Part shown: positions 24,986 to 39,094 of the stretch, in pieces | How positions within the stretch are numbered: the stretch's first letter is position 1 | How the letters are laid out: the number at the start of each line of letters is the position of its first letter | Assembly: GCA_010093815.1 (NCBI GenBank) | Contig: ML996581.1 | DNA from: Pseudovirgaria hyperparasitica | Taxonomy: Eukaryota | DNA length: 64,000 nt | Direction: 5' to 3' (one strand) | The notes under the pieces: model-generated | What the model saw: the letters and a program-made list of their open reading frames with translations, nothing else | Told to the model about the DNA's origin: nothing | Databases searched by the model: none | Program-made: the position numbers and the translations under genes

Positions 24986-25640
24986 TGCGCGAGCGTAGAA
25001 GCGTGTCGAAAAGAATACCGGACTATGTCATTTTCATGCATACATGTCATGCATTGCATCGATTGACCCGCATCCCCGCGCGTGTCGAACAATTTCGACG
25101 GGGAAGAAACACGGGGATATACGCATATACTTGCCCATCCCCGTACGCTGCAGGATAGAATGCCTTTGACCTGTGTCCATCTGCGGTATCTGGAGTCATG
25201 CCTTCCTGACGGCCAGCCAGCAGATATACGTCTCGCTGCAGCTGCAGCAGCAGCAGCAATAGCCACGGGCTACCTGCCTCCCACAACCGACCACAACATC
25301 GCTAGATTAAAGACCTAGCTAGGTACGCACACATCTCCTCGCTTGGTGTTACGTTACGTCACCGCACCAGCAGTAGCAGTAGTAGGAGCAGGAGCAGAAG
25401 CAGCAAGAAGCACCAGCAGCAAGAAGCAGAAGCACAGACCGCGCACGCGTGCACCCTGCATATTCCTACTCCTACTCCCCCCTTCCTTCCCCCTTTCCGG
25501 GTCACGCGTCGAACGCCCGCCATGCACATACGCTATGCCCATGCATACATGCCATGCACATGCACATACATACGCCTTGTTTCTAATGTTTAACTTTTTT
25601 TCTCTTTTTTTTTTGGGGGGGGGGATGGTTTTGACTTGAT

Positions 25641-25678
25641 ATTGTGTGTGTGTTGTGTGTGGATGAGTGTGTGTTGGT

Positions 25679-25719
<41 letters not shown>

Positions 25720-25850
25720 TGTGTGTGTGTGTGTGTGTGTGGGTGTGTGTGGGTGTGTGGATGGGTGTGTGTGGCTGTGTTGGTGTGTAGATGGGTGTGG
25801 GCATGCATGGATGTGTGTGTGGATGGGGGTATGGATATGGATGTGTGTAC
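25641..25850 (+). repeat. Imperfect (GT)n microsatellite
   Basis: Directly visible. Confidence 0.95.
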
Positions 25851-26215
25851 GCTGTTTCAATAATGTGTATTTATGTATGTATGTACGTATGTACGCATCT
25901 CAACTCCGTCTGTCCATGATGTCCATGATGGCCATGGCGACTTTTGATGTTGTTCTTTGACTGCCCCGTGGCGAGAGAACAAAGATGTCTTGCATGATAT
26001 ACTACACTCTGTGACGCTGTACTTGAGGACCTCTGGGCGCTGTTACGGACTATGTGATGTTTGGTATAGTGGTGATGGGGCTGTGAGGGGGGCGTGTCTT
26101 GGTTGCTTGGTTTACTGGGGCTCTGGGGTTCTGGGGCTTTTGGGTTCTGGGTTTGTGGATTTGTGGATTTCTGGGACGTGTTGAGATATGGTGGGTGCGT
26201 TGGTAGTGGTGGTGG

Positions 26216-26216
<1 letters not shown>

Positions 26217-26297
<81 letters not shown>

Positions 26298-26298
26298 G
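26217..26298 (+). repeat. (GTT)n microsatellite, about 27 units
   Basis: Directly visible. Confidence 0.97.
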
Positions 26299-26453
26299 CT
26301 ATCGAGCCAGCATAGTACCGATATCAATGTACAAATCCGTTCCCGTTCTCTGTTCGCAGAGCGCGAGTCGGTGGCTCGTGGGCACGTCGACATGTTGACG
26401 TGTGTTGATGTGTGCTGTTGGTTGATGTGTTTGATGTGTTTTGGATGACGGAA

Positions 26454-26499
<46 letters not shown>

Positions 26500-26590
26500 A
26501 CTCAGGCTCAGGTTTCGTCTCAGGCTCGGGCTCAGGTTTCGTCTCAGGCTCAAGCTACAGGCTCAGGCTCGGGCTCAGGTTTCGTCTCAG
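26454..26590 (+). repeat. (CTCAGG)n hexamer array with interspersed TTTCGT units
   Basis: Directly visible. Confidence 0.92.
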
Positions 26591-27454
26591 CTTCAGGAAC
26601 CAGGATCAGTCGGGTATGAGGATAGTCCCGGCTATGGTCTGGCGCATGTTCCGGGGGTGAATATGGCGGCGGGAGAAAAGGGGGATGTGGGAAGACGGAT
26701 AGGTAGGAGGTAGGGGGGTAGGGGGGTAGGCTGGTAGGGTAGAATGAATGAAGGAATTGAATGGTATGAAGGATGGAGATGGAGATTGAGATGGAGATGG
26801 AGATGGAGAGGAACGGTGGAGCGTACTGTAGTATATAGTAGCATAGCATAGCATAGCATACCGAAGCATACCGAAGCATACCATAACACACCAATATATT
26901 TCCCATCAGTCCATACACTCATACACTCATACCCAGAACATACACATACCTAAAAACCCAACAGCCCCAAAACACAGCACCACACACTACCCTAGGCCAT
27001 CACCCATCTACCCACTACACATACAACACCCACTCACAAACACCCACACACTGTCCACAAAAAGCCAGACACCTCCCAACACCACAGAAGCACCCAGGCA
27101 CAACAAGCAAAGCAGATTATACCCAGTCCCTAAAGCCACGAAAACAATAAGTAGGTAGGAGGATCTATATATATCTATATACGTGGATAGATAGCATCTA
27201 CCTACAAGACATCGTAGATTCTATTAGAGAGAGATATATATATATATACTATTCAGGTAATCTATTAACTTCGATACGCTGGATACTACTATACTCTAGG
27301 GTTATACGTGGTTGAGTTAGTTGGAAGACCGTGTGCTCTTGCGTTGAACTACTGCTACTCTGGATGTATATATGTATATATGTATATGTCGTTTTGAGAT
27401 TTGGGTGGGATGTGATCTACTTTTACCTTGTCTAATCTAATCTTGACTAGGCAC

Positions 27455-27458
<4 letters not shown>

Positions 27459-27509
<51 letters not shown>

Positions 27510-27527
27510 GTGAGTGAGTGAGAGAGT
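27459..27527 (+). repeat. (GA)n/(GAGT)n microsatellite within an AT-rich tract (~27130-28050)
   Basis: Directly visible; the surrounding sequence is TpA-rich. Confidence 0.93.
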
Positions 27528-30500
27528 AGATCCTACTCCACGAAACCAAAGGAAAAAAAGCATAATACCAAGTATAAAATAAATCTTACTATTTCGACAA
27601 ACTTATGATTTAGAAAACGTATGTGTATAATTATTAGCTTCTTTAAATCAGGTCTAATGTCAAAGCTTCTAACATATTTCTCTCCAAGAAAAAAAGGAAA
27701 AACGGGTTTATTAGGAGTTCGAATGCGCTTTTTTATATCATTCAACGACTAGTAGCTCGATAGAATATCTATATGTACTCTTAATAGCTTTGATACTACA
27801 AAACGGCAGTATAGACATGACTTGGATGATGGAAGTCGAAGATAGAAGACTCATGTATGGACTACTACATAAGCTACATCTATCTATTCCATCACCCAAT
27901 TCATCACCCTCTTTCTTTTAGCTAGTATGTATAGCACCAATACCCATATCAATCAGCGGAACGTATTGATTCGGTTCGTTTGAATAGCTAGCTAGCTCAC
28001 TATTCAGTCATATATATACCTACACAGACATGTATGGTATATAGACAGATCTATAATCGCCGCCATGGTCACGCAAAGAGCTAGCATTGAGGACTCGTTC
28101 TATCGATCTTGTTGTAGCTTACCTTGGATCTATGGCCTTCTACTCTACGGGCAGGGCATGGCTTGGGCATAACATTGGCACGCGGTATGTCGGCGTATTC
28201 GAGGCTATACATTCAAGTCCACGTGTCGACTTGTCGGTCTTCGACACGGCTGATGATGAGCAGATATGATCTGAGCCGCACGGTGCACTGCGGGCGGTGT
28301 GTTTGATAGTGGTGCCAGCCCCTTGGCTATGATATCAGTAGTGGCCATCCTATCAGTCTCATATCAGTGCCACGCCGTCGCCAAGCATTTTTACCACGTG
28401 CAGCCCGGGTGCGTCGTCGTCATGGCACTTCGTATGCCCTGTGCGATACCGACGATGCGGTGTCGTCAGTACCGTGCGGTCCGTGAAACAGCTCATGAAA
28501 GCCAGACAGACGCGTATGAGGAGGAGGAAAAGCAAAGATGAACGTATACGGGAAGATACACGAGGGGATACGATACAATGGGATGGCGAGGCGGTTTGCT
28601 GAAACGGCTAGCCCAGCGTGTATAATGCAGCTGTTATCGTGCAGGCGTTTCTGTTTCTGGTTATCGTGGGTGTCGATGGCTGGATGGATGGATGGATTGA
28701 TGCATCAATCAATGGTCAGAGAAGTCCTGCGTTATGCAGATATGCTTGGATTTGTTTCCCGGGATTGCCAGCTTGGTAGCCAAGTTTTGTTTGCTGCGAC
28801 GACGATGTACATAGCGTGTGACGACGAACTGGTGACATACACGGAGGGAGATCACAGTCCCGACATTCAAGTTGTGATCGTGGTGGTGGCAGCGGTGACG
28901 AAGGGTCTTTCCGTGTTGGTATTGTGGCGGTGGTGCAGACAGGGATACCTAGGGTGGGCGGTGCAGCGAGGGGAAAGGCCCCTCTGAGGTAGGTTTGAAA
29001 CTTTGAGCTAGGGAGATCGACGCTGGGGTAAGCATGTGCAAAAATTCAAGTTTTGCGCGAGCCAGAGACGACCTGGAGAGTCGAGCCACGGACAAAATGG
29101 ATTTTACCGTTGCGACAGGTTGAAGTTTGGGTTATAAAATTCTTTCGGGGTTGGACTCGGGAAGGTTCGTGCTGCTTTGACGTTTGGTGTCGGCACGAAA
29201 ATCCCATATCATAAAAATAGATCTGGAAACAGTACCTGAAACACCCGGATGTGGAGAAGACAAAGTCTAATCTAGTCATTGCGACTCAATGTTCCACGAA
29301 GCTCTGTCTACACGACGAACGTGAAAAAGTTTGGTCCAGGCATATCTCTGCGAGGGTATCCTGGTCATGACATGTGCTGCCTTTTGCGTGTTATCTACTT
29401 CGTACCTGTGTTGCTTGGAGCCTTGGACACGTCACACGATGACGCGATGTCAGTGACGGCTTCGGTGAATCGAAGATGCAGCAGGAGTGAGTGATCTTGA
29501 AGATGCACTCGACTGTCGGGCGTTGCCGCATCATGCTATTCGCGAAGGTGAGCTTCGAGTCTGTTATCCGAAATGCCGCCCTATATGCCGACCTATATTG
29601 GCACTAATACAGTCCATAATGGCTAGCTATATTGATGCTTTGGGAGATAAGCTTGCTCGCATTGACCTGGAGAGGATGGCTGTACCATGGATTAGTCTAC
29701 AAATCTGCAACGAGGACTGACCAGTGTACGATCTGCCAGATCTGAAGTGCTGATACCCTGCAGGAGGTCGTTCTTTCTTCGAGCACGACATGTGAGATCG
29801 TGTTCCCGAAACAATTGCGTAAAGGCTGTTTCCTCGAGATCACAATTTCCACGACAAAGGGAACTATTGATCCGTCTCGAGCCATGTGACACCTTCTGGA
29901 ACATTGGTCGCGCGAGCTTGGTATATCAAGGTGAGTGGAATTGGTCGACATTCCGATTAGCAGATGGCATGCTACACGGCCATGTTTCGCATGGAAGTAC
30001 AGACATTGAGTAGGCGTTTCCTTAAAAAGTCTGGATATCGTGAAAGGAGGGCTATCCTTCTAAGTCCTGGCTACAAGCGGGATACGAAGTGGGTCTACTG
30101 CCCGGATCCCGTTCGTCGCGAGTTGTAGCAAGTTTGGAACGATCCTTTCAGCAAGCACTGCTATTTTAGCTGCAAGTCTGTAATACTGATGATGGACTAG
30201 AACGATAAGAGGCGTGAAGAATCGACACGTTATGATAGTGTGCGGCAACGGCGGCAAGTTGGTTAGATCAAGTGGCGAATGAAGATCTATAGTGAAAAGG
30301 AATATGTTTGTTTGGGTGTGTTATGACTCGTAGCCAGGTTGGATGTTCCAGATGTAGGATGCGAATGCGAATGAATAATTGGCACACGGAGCCTCGGTGC
30401 CGAAAGAGGGCTGAGGGCCGGCATTGATGTCTTTACAATTCTGGAAGCGTGCCACGACACGATCAGTAGATGATTGTTGAGGCTTGAAGTTGACGCTGTT

Positions 30501-32009
30501 GCGGCAAGAAGGCGGACGAATTTGTGCAATTAGACGGATTGGCGTTGGGTCCATCATGCGAGCATGGAGCGGTTCAAGAGACGAGTTTCTTGCAGCAACG
30601 ACGTGAGGCTGAGCACGAACTGATAGAGAGAACATGTAGATACGTGGTGGTGAGCCATGGTACGGAGTACTGTGCCGTCCATCGTGTCAAGCTGGAATGG
30701 AATTCGGATTTTGAAGCTGAAGCTGAAGCTGGAGCTGGAGATGTGGAGAGGTAAGCATCATCAGGATACGAGAAATGTTCGGCCCCCGCCCCGCATGACG
30801 GACTATGCGACTGTCTATCGACACTGTCCATGCACTCGAGTCTTGGGGTCGCCTTGAAAGCAGTGTAGTCAGTCGTGTTCCGCAAAAGGCATACATACTG
30901 TGATATGTGTGCAAAAAGTAGCAAGACAAGGGTAGCCAGCAAATGGCTGGTGCTGCTGTCCGAAGGGGATGGAGCCGTCAGCATTGAAGCGCGTCTGCAA
31001 CATCTCACATGCTCCATCGCCCCTGTTCCTGGTCATCAGGATCCAGGCATCGAGCATCAAGGGTCAAGGATCAAGGGACAAGAGTCAAGGATCAGAGAAT
31101 TCTGGGCGTCTCCGACTGCGAGGGGCCGAGAAGGCTGAGATGGATCACTGCAGAGAGCTGGCGTAGTCAGCTGGCGGCTCGACGGTGCATGTAGCTGGAC
31201 CTGACTGGCAGCGTTGGCGGGCTCTGGTTGGGATGTGCGTGGGGATGATGGGAACGGAGAGGTTCAGAAAATGGAGAGTGTTGGACGATGATGGATGGAT
31301 TGATGGGACGATGGGGTGATGGAATTATGGAATGGATTATGGATCTTCCTCCTTTAGTGGAATCACCGTGAATCCCACGGCGGCAGTAGGTAGTGGTGAT
31401 CATGGCCAACAATCCAATTACACGCTGAGCCTTGTCAACAAGTAACAGAGCCAGTAGGTCCCACTTCTTCACTACACAGTGGAGGAGGCGCCTAGTATGT
31501 ATCAAGTGTTATTTTCGGCAGTGCTGTGCGGTGTTGTGTTGTCTGATTTGTGTCTACACACAGACAGCACGCACATACACACTCATACACACAGACTCGG
31601 AAAGGAGCCTTGTCTTCTGCCTCTTTTTGTCTGTTAAATTTCCTCGACCGCTTCGCAAATGCAACAATCTTGCATTTTAAATCTTTTCCGCTATTAATTG
31701 TCCTGGAACACTCCATCAATCCACTCTCTTTTTCTCCGTCATTGCTTCTACGCATCTTGCCACGCTGGCGGGGCATTGACTATTCGCACCAAGCTGTTTA
31801 CGCTGCTTGCAACAACACACTGGAACGTCAAACACGACCCTTCTGTGTATCCAAAGGGCTCAGACACAATATCCCTTCTGATTTTGGCTTCACAAGGTCA
31901 CGGTGGTGGAAAAGGTATGAGTTTGGCGTAAAACCTTTTCTCGATTCGACACCCGGTCCACCGTTTCACACGGCATCATCCCTTGGATGCGCCAAACTCC
32001 ATATACCAC

Positions 32010-34275
32010 ATGTCTATTCACTTCCCTGTCAGTCCACGCTTATCTGCCATGCCAGGCCCAGTCATCGTGGTCGATTTGCTGCCGGAATCTCCAGAAGCTA
32101 TGGTGGCAGCCGCTGCTGTTCCGCGACAAGCTCCAGCTATGACTATATCATCTTCGCGTCTCCCTTCCTCATCATTATCCGGAGCATCATCATCAACATC
32201 ATCATCATCACCATCACCCGCACCGCCTCGACCTCTGCTTGCTTCCAGTGCGACGCCAGCTCCCTCTTCTCGACTGGAAAAACAACTGCCACGGACGCCA
32301 CCAGAACTCGAGATTCAAGAAAAGAACCGGACGCGTCCACGAGCTCGACCAAACGTCACCATCCGAATTCCCAAGCGGGGCTGGCCGAACTCTTCCGCCA
32401 TGAGCAAGCCAGCGTTGTTGACAGAGGCCGAATATGAGGCTCTACCACCCTCTATCCAGTAAGTAATCATTTCCACGCTATTACTATTATTATTATCATC
32501 ATTATTACCACTACGAGCATTCTCCATGCATTCCAACCATCTGCACCTGCACCTGCACCTGCACCGTTGTCCGTCACTATCACCTCTGGCTCCCGCTCTC
32601 GCGTTGCGCCCGCTCTACACCAAGTCCGTTCATGGATTCTGCCGTTGCCCCTAGACCTCAAACGAGTCAGCATCTCCGCTTCTGCACCGCATATGTTCGT
32701 CGTGTTCCGTGTGTGCTGGCTAAAATAGCTGCTGCATCACGCCGTTGCAATTGAGCGTCTCTGAGGGGGCTGCGAGATCGTCGCTGCACCCCTTGCAACG
32801 TGCCCCTCGCCCGTCCAGAAAAATTCCCAATCTCCGTCCCTTTGCTGCACCGGAACATTCACTCACGTTCTTCCTGTAGGCGAAAATATTTCTCCTCTCT
32901 GGAGCGTTTGAGAATTGCAGAGCACACCGCTCAACAGCAGCAGCAAACAAAGTCGCGGCCGTTGGCTCGGTTTCCTGGTCCCGTTGTTGTTACAAAAACC
33001 TCATCTCCCACCACCAGCCGACCTCGTCCCTGGACCCAAAGAGGCAATTCACGCGTACGGAAGTCGCACTCATTACAACGAGATTGCACCATCTCCCACG
33101 CTGAGGCTCAGTGGTTCTTGTCTCTTCCTGAAAAAGTCCGTCGTCAACAATTCTCTCGCGAGGAACAAGTCTTGCTAGCTGGCGGCCTGGATACATATTA
33201 CCTTGATCACCTGAACGAGAAGTCTGGCCAGCCGGTTACTGCTGTGGAACGACATCACGACTGCGATCTTGACTACGAATCTGATCCACTTTCGGAGAAA
33301 CGCGGCTGTCTAACCAACCGTCACTCTTCCCACTTGCTCCGGAAAGACAGCTTTACCAAAGACAATTCCGAATTGGTGTGTATCGACGCCATGGCCCCAT
33401 CTCCGGAAGTCATGACCCAACGGCCTCGCCGCAGCTCCATGCGTCGAACCATGTCGAGCACGAGCGTGACGCTGAGCCCTCTCCGTCAATCTACATCATC
33501 GACGCCGTCTGTACAATCATCATTTGGTTCGAGACGACCTCTTCTGAGACCTCGCGCACAATCTCACGCCATGCCTGCATTACTGGACACCGGTAGAACT
33601 TCAGTGGATGGTCCAGCAAAACACTATCAGGATCCCGATGCCAGACAGAAACTCAAGACATATCTCGGATCCGCACAGAAATTCGACGAGGCAATTGAGT
33701 TTGGCTTTCCGTCGACACACACCGAGGAACCAGCTCCAAGCAAGGTAGAAACCGTGTCGAGTGGTCTAGTCAGCTACGATGTTGCCAATTTTCTACGCGA
33801 TGAGGTTCTATCCTGCATGGAATCTTACGCTGGCGACCAGTCAGACCGCGCATCAGCAAGAAGCGAAGCAGATACGGAAGGAGACCTTGACAGCCCTGTT
33901 ACACCTTCCGATTTTGCCCATCTTGGATTCCGTCATGGCGGGCGATCCAACTTTTCCTCCCTCGATTCAAGTGGGCTTCCACCGTCATGGCCCAATCTAA
34001 AGCCATACCCGCAAGATGCTCAGCAGGATCTATTTTCGGGAGCGCGCGAGATGACTCTACGAATGACGCTCACTAGACCGGATCTACGTGCGAACGAAGA
34101 AGAATTATACGGGTGGCGATACTCGTCGCAAGCCCCATCCAAAGATCCTCTGGCGCTCGAGGCACTCCCTGCCTTTACCAGTGACGTGGACGGGTCTCAC
34201 AGCCCTTTCTCCAACAACAGCCCGCGATCAAGCCTAATCGGACGGCTTTTTGGCAAAATCAAGAAGAAGACGTGA
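32010..34275 (+). CDS. Uncharacterised S/P-rich fungal protein (type often auto-annotated 'mucin'), 2 exons
   Basis: Exon 1 (start at 32010 or 32049) ends LTEAEYEALPPSIQ at 32458. A GTAAGT..TAG intron spans 32459-32879. Exon 2 reads RKYFSSLERLRIA...WFLSLPEKVRRQQFSREEQ...HYQDPDARQKLKTYLGSAQKFDEAIEFGFPS...REMTLRMTLTRPDLRANEEELYGW. Confidence 0.85.
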
Positions 34276-36469
34276 CACATCTTCCATCAAAAAGTTCCGC
34301 AGCCGTTCCTTCAACCTACTACTTTAATTCTCTGTATGTTTTCATTGGACTTTAATTGTATTTTCTCGTGTTCCTAGTCATTAGCACGGCGTCGTAGGGA
34401 TTTGTTGTTGTCTCTCGGGAGCTTTCCCCAAGTTGTTTGTCCTTGAGTATGCAAGGGCATGTCGCGCCGAGTGCGACCTAGCGATGTTTCAGATGGGCAA
34501 AGGGATCTGAATTTGGAACCTAGATCTGTGCGCGTTTTCTACTTCTAGACGGGAGCGGCGCGAACAAGCGCGATGGCGATCAGCAGAGCCTGTAACAGAA
34601 TGGGTGCGCTTCTGCGCACGGGAGGAAAGTTCGTAGTTGAAAATTGTATATTCGCCTACTCCTGATACGAACGGAGACGGACATGAGTGTGTCAAAAGCT
34701 ATTAATGATTACGTATGAATGGGGATCTCTGGAACGGACCAGTGGTGAAGTTGAAGACCAACATCTCTGGCGAGTCGTCTGGTCAGCCCCCTCATCCTGC
34801 CGCACATCGCAAGAGGCAAATCCCGCAAGACTGTGTCGGCTTAGTCGAGTAATTATGGAGTCTGGATGGACAAGACATAACGAGGCGTGGAACTGTTTAT
34901 CGCGTCACTCTACAACACTACTGCGTAATACACACGCGCAACTCCTTCCGTCTCCGTGCATTGTGCAGATTCAGCCCTGAAAATATGTCCTAACAATGCA
35001 TATAAGACGATCACAACTCCTCTCCTTGCAGGTCGGCGCGCGCTAACTTGGCTAACTTACCAACATACAGTCTCGAAAAGCGGGCTATCTACTTAGAGAG
35101 GAGGTCAAGGAGGCTCGTGAAACGCGCCTTGGCGCCACCTCTTTCGTGCCGACAGCCCTAGGTGGTTAGATTATGCTGGCGCTGGGTCCTGGCGTATGCA
35201 TTTGAGGATATGAGGGGCTTGGATGTGGACGCTCACTCACCGCCTTTGGATGGGCGGCTCTTGGATTCGATTCCGAATTTCAGTACGGTACAGTGATTAG
35301 TAGGACCGTGTCATGGATGAATGCTACTTGCTACTTGCATGGGAAGCTTAGGTGGGAGGATATCACCGTTTGAGGTCGTGCAAAGAAGGCATTATGTCCG
35401 CATTGGTATCGGTGTCCGTCATCAGCAGATCTCGCACCACCATTGAGCATATGAGTAATATCTCTCTCTCGCTCTCTCTCCTATCTTCTCTCCCTCTCCC
35501 TAGACCCCGTGAACCAAGGGAGTGGACCTTGTCCAGTCATTCAGGGATATCACGTCGAGATAAAGTGGACTCGTGCCTGACCCTCAATTGAGCCCTGGAC
35601 TATTACTGCCTTGCAAGTCTCTCATTGGCTGTCAACGTTCAGACTGCCCCTGTAAATCTGGCACACTCTGGCGCGCGCAATACATTGGCATGTCACGTGA
35701 GGCTTGATATGAAGATATTCAACCAATCAGACCCACAACCTGGACGGGTGACGCTAGCACAACCCAGAGAGCGCTGATAGGCTTAACTGATAATGGAATA
35801 GCGTGAAGCACTGCTCTCCTGGCGATATGAAGACTATTACCACTCAGAGCGGGTGACGAGATCAGTGGAGCCATCAGAGCTCTTCTCCTCGCCCACGTCT
35901 CCTCGAGGACCTCGTCGTCGACCTCATCATCAATTGTGCGAGGCCTCTGTCTCGGCTATTCTGTTCTATTCCTGTTCTCTTTGCTTTCCTCTTATTGAGC
36001 CCGACGACCTGGACGACTACTCCGATCCTGGCCCTTAACAAGACACTGCAGATCCACTCCTTTGCAGCACTTGCATCATTCCGGACTGAGCATCAGGTAA
36101 CACTGGACCTTTTCATGTCATCTCTGCACCTTCGACCATGAGGTTGTAGGCTCGACATTGAATTGTTCATTGTTTCTTCTGTTTGCTTTCTACCACTATC
36201 ATTAAAGATCATTTGCGAGAAGAGGGAAACATACGCTCACTAGCAACCTTTTGACGCTATATACACAATTATATACTAAAGACAGACGTCCTTCGACATA
36301 CTCAAGTCGACATACACCTTCGCTCTCTCAGCTTGGAATCGCTGGTCGGTTTCATACACACTCTCTTGATCGGATATCGTCTACGATCCGAGTACATTTA
36401 CGCCACTACACTCCGCTATAATACTGTAACTATCTACCGGCAGAAAAAGCAAAGACTTCACATATCAAT

Positions 36470-38131
36470 ATGCTTGGATTTCACAGACGGCAGCGAAGCC
36501 TGATACCCGTCAAAGAGCTCGCGCGGTATGACAAATTGGACCTAAAGATCGAAGAGGAGGAGGAGATGGAGATGGAGCTTAACGAGATCGAGAATGAGTT
36601 GCTGGGTGGCCAGAGGATGAACAAGCACAGGCAGCTATTGGTCATATATGTGGTCTTTCTTGCAGAGGCGTAAGTTCTCTTACTTAGTATGCTGAGTTGT
36701 GACATTAACAGAAGACTAACATCCAATAGCATCATGTCCTCGAGCCTACAACCGCAGTTGAAGATGCTCATCGAGTCCGACGACTTCTGTGGTAACCTCT
36801 CCTCTTCTTATCTCCGCTCAATTCTCGACTGTGCATATTTCTTTGGTGGTACTGCTGGTATATTTTGGGGGTTCCTTTCAGATCGAATCGGCCGTCGCCC
36901 AGTTGCGATTGGTGGTCTTGTTGGCATGACATTCTGCTGCATTGTCATGGGGCTGGCAAACGATCTTGTCTCTTGCGCCGCTGTACGCTTCATGGCTGGT
37001 CTCGTCAGCTCTTCAGTCCTCGTCGTAGCCCTGACTATGATCTCGGACCTCAGCCTGAACCCCAAGGAACGAGCGAAGAATGTCGCAAGACTACCAATCG
37101 TTGCGGCCGTAGGGAGCTTTGGGCCGGTCGTACAAGGCATGGTTGCAAAGAGCGTCGAGCACAGCGGGAGTATATGGCAGCGCTTCCCCACTCTGAGTGG
37201 CCAGATCGCATGTGGAACGGCGGTACTCGCCATCACCATATTCGCCTGCCTCACTCTCCAAGAAACCCTCCCTAAGCAGAAGCAACAAATCGACGTCAAC
37301 GAGCTTGACTGCGAGAAGGCCGCTTTCCTCGGTCAAGAAAGCGACTCCGAAAGCGATACTGCCTCCGTCCGCATCGTCGAATCCGACATCCCAACCGCAG
37401 CCCCGATCTCCATGAACCAATTCCTCAGCGCTCCCTCGCTCATCAGTCTTCTCTCCTCCTACTCCATTCTCTCCCTGCACAGCTCCACCTTTGACGTCCT
37501 CCTCCCACACCTCGGCCACTCTTCCTCACAGCACGGCGGCATGGGCATGCCATGCACCTACCTCGGCGCCATCGTGCTCGTCGCCCGTGCCGTCGCCGGC
37601 ATCGCCCTCACATACACAATTCCCCTCCTCGTCCGCAAATCAGGCCTCCTAGCCCCCTACCGTCGCGCAAGCATGTGCTTTCCACTTCTCTACATCCTGA
37701 TTCCCGCACTTGCTTCCCTCGCTGCCTCACACACCTCGCTCGTCGCCCTGCTCAGCATCGGCGGCCTGCTCGTCAAACACCTCCTCGCCGGCGGCGCCAG
37801 CGTCCTCGTCTCTTTGCTGATGCTCAACGCCGCGCCCGACGCGTTCAGCGCCGGCACCGTCGTTGGTCTGATGCATGTGGCAGGCTTGTTCCGCGCCCTG
37901 GCGGTTGCGGTTGCGGGTGCAGTGTTCTTTGTTAGCGATGAGTATAGTGTGTTTGGCGCAAATATGGCGCTGTGGGTGGTGCTTGCGGTGCTGGGCACGG
38001 TGGGTGCTGGAGCGGCGTGGGTGGTTCGGGATGGGATGAGGGTCGAGGAGGACTTGGGGAGTGAGGTGCTGCGGTGGGAGGAGGTCTGGGAGGCGAAGGC
38101 GGACGGTGGATATGAGGGTGATGAGATATAG
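36470..38131 (+). CDS. Major facilitator superfamily transporter, 2 exons
   Basis: Intron ~36670-36729, multiple hydrophobic helices, and MFS motif A (GFLSDRIGRRP) followed by RFMAG. Confidence 0.88.
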
Positions 38132-38555
38132 GTCGTTCAATATGTTATGACTGAACCGGAGGAAGAGGTCATGGGTTATGAATATTTTTTGCGACATGTA
38201 CGGTGGATTGACATGGCATGGCATATTGCGTTTATCTTTTTTTTTGTCATAACATGTTGTACGACTTCTTGGGGGATGGTGGTGGTCCTGGTCGTAGTCG
38301 TAGTCGTAGTCGTGGATATTGACACTCTTATACACGCATACACACACACTATCTCTCTCTCTCTCTGTCTCTGTCTCTGTCCGTGTACTCTACTCTATAT
38401 AGCTAACTCGCATCTGACGGCGAACGCCGGATATGGCTGTCTCAAATTGAGTTTTTTTTCTTTTTGGTAATTTTAGTATTTCTGCTAGGTTTTGATGAGA
38501 TTGATAGGATCGTAGTTGTAGCCTGGCCTAGCATAGCATAGACACCTGCACTCAT

Positions 38556-38641
38556 CCGTTCGTTCATTCATTCATTTAGTCATTCAGTCATTCAGTCATT
38601 CAGTCATTCAGTCATTCATTCAGTCATTCATTCAGTCATTT
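38556..38641 (+). repeat. (CATTCAGT)n/(CATT)n array
   Basis: Directly visible. Confidence 0.92.
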
Positions 38642-38802
38642 ACTTTGTTGTGTTCTGTGTGTGTATACATGTACGGGGGAGTGGATGTAGGGGGGTGGAT
38701 GTACATCCGGCGTCAGAGGTATAAATATGGAGTTGTGGAGTTATTAATATGTATGTGTACTTGGTGGTTGAAGTGTTGGACTTGGGATCATAGCAGGTAT
38801 AT

Positions 38803-38834
38803 ACAGATAGATGGATAGATAGGTGGGTAGATAT

Positions 38835-38924
<90 letters not shown>

Positions 38925-38934
38925 NNNNNNNNNN

Positions 38935-39024
<90 letters not shown>

Positions 39025-39090
39025 GGGTAGATAGATGGGTAGATAGATAGATAGGTGGGTATATAGATAGATGGATGGGTAGATGGATGG
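38803..39090 (+). repeat. (GATA)n microsatellite spanning a 10-N assembly gap (38925-38934)
   Basis: Directly visible; the true length is unknown because of the gap. Confidence 0.97.
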
Positions 39091-39094
39091 TCGG

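Noticed and set aside
25343..26922. Poly-HT, poly-VC, poly-N/L/V and SG/RL-repeat ORFs
   Set aside because: Artefacts of microsatellites.
28538..28987. 149-aa plus-strand ORF
   Set aside because: No recognisable motifs or codon bias; likely a chance ORF.
31550..32437. 295-aa ORF overlapping exon 1 of the uncharacterised gene
   Set aside because: It has a non-ATG start and non-protein-like composition, and sits in an alternative frame of a real exon.
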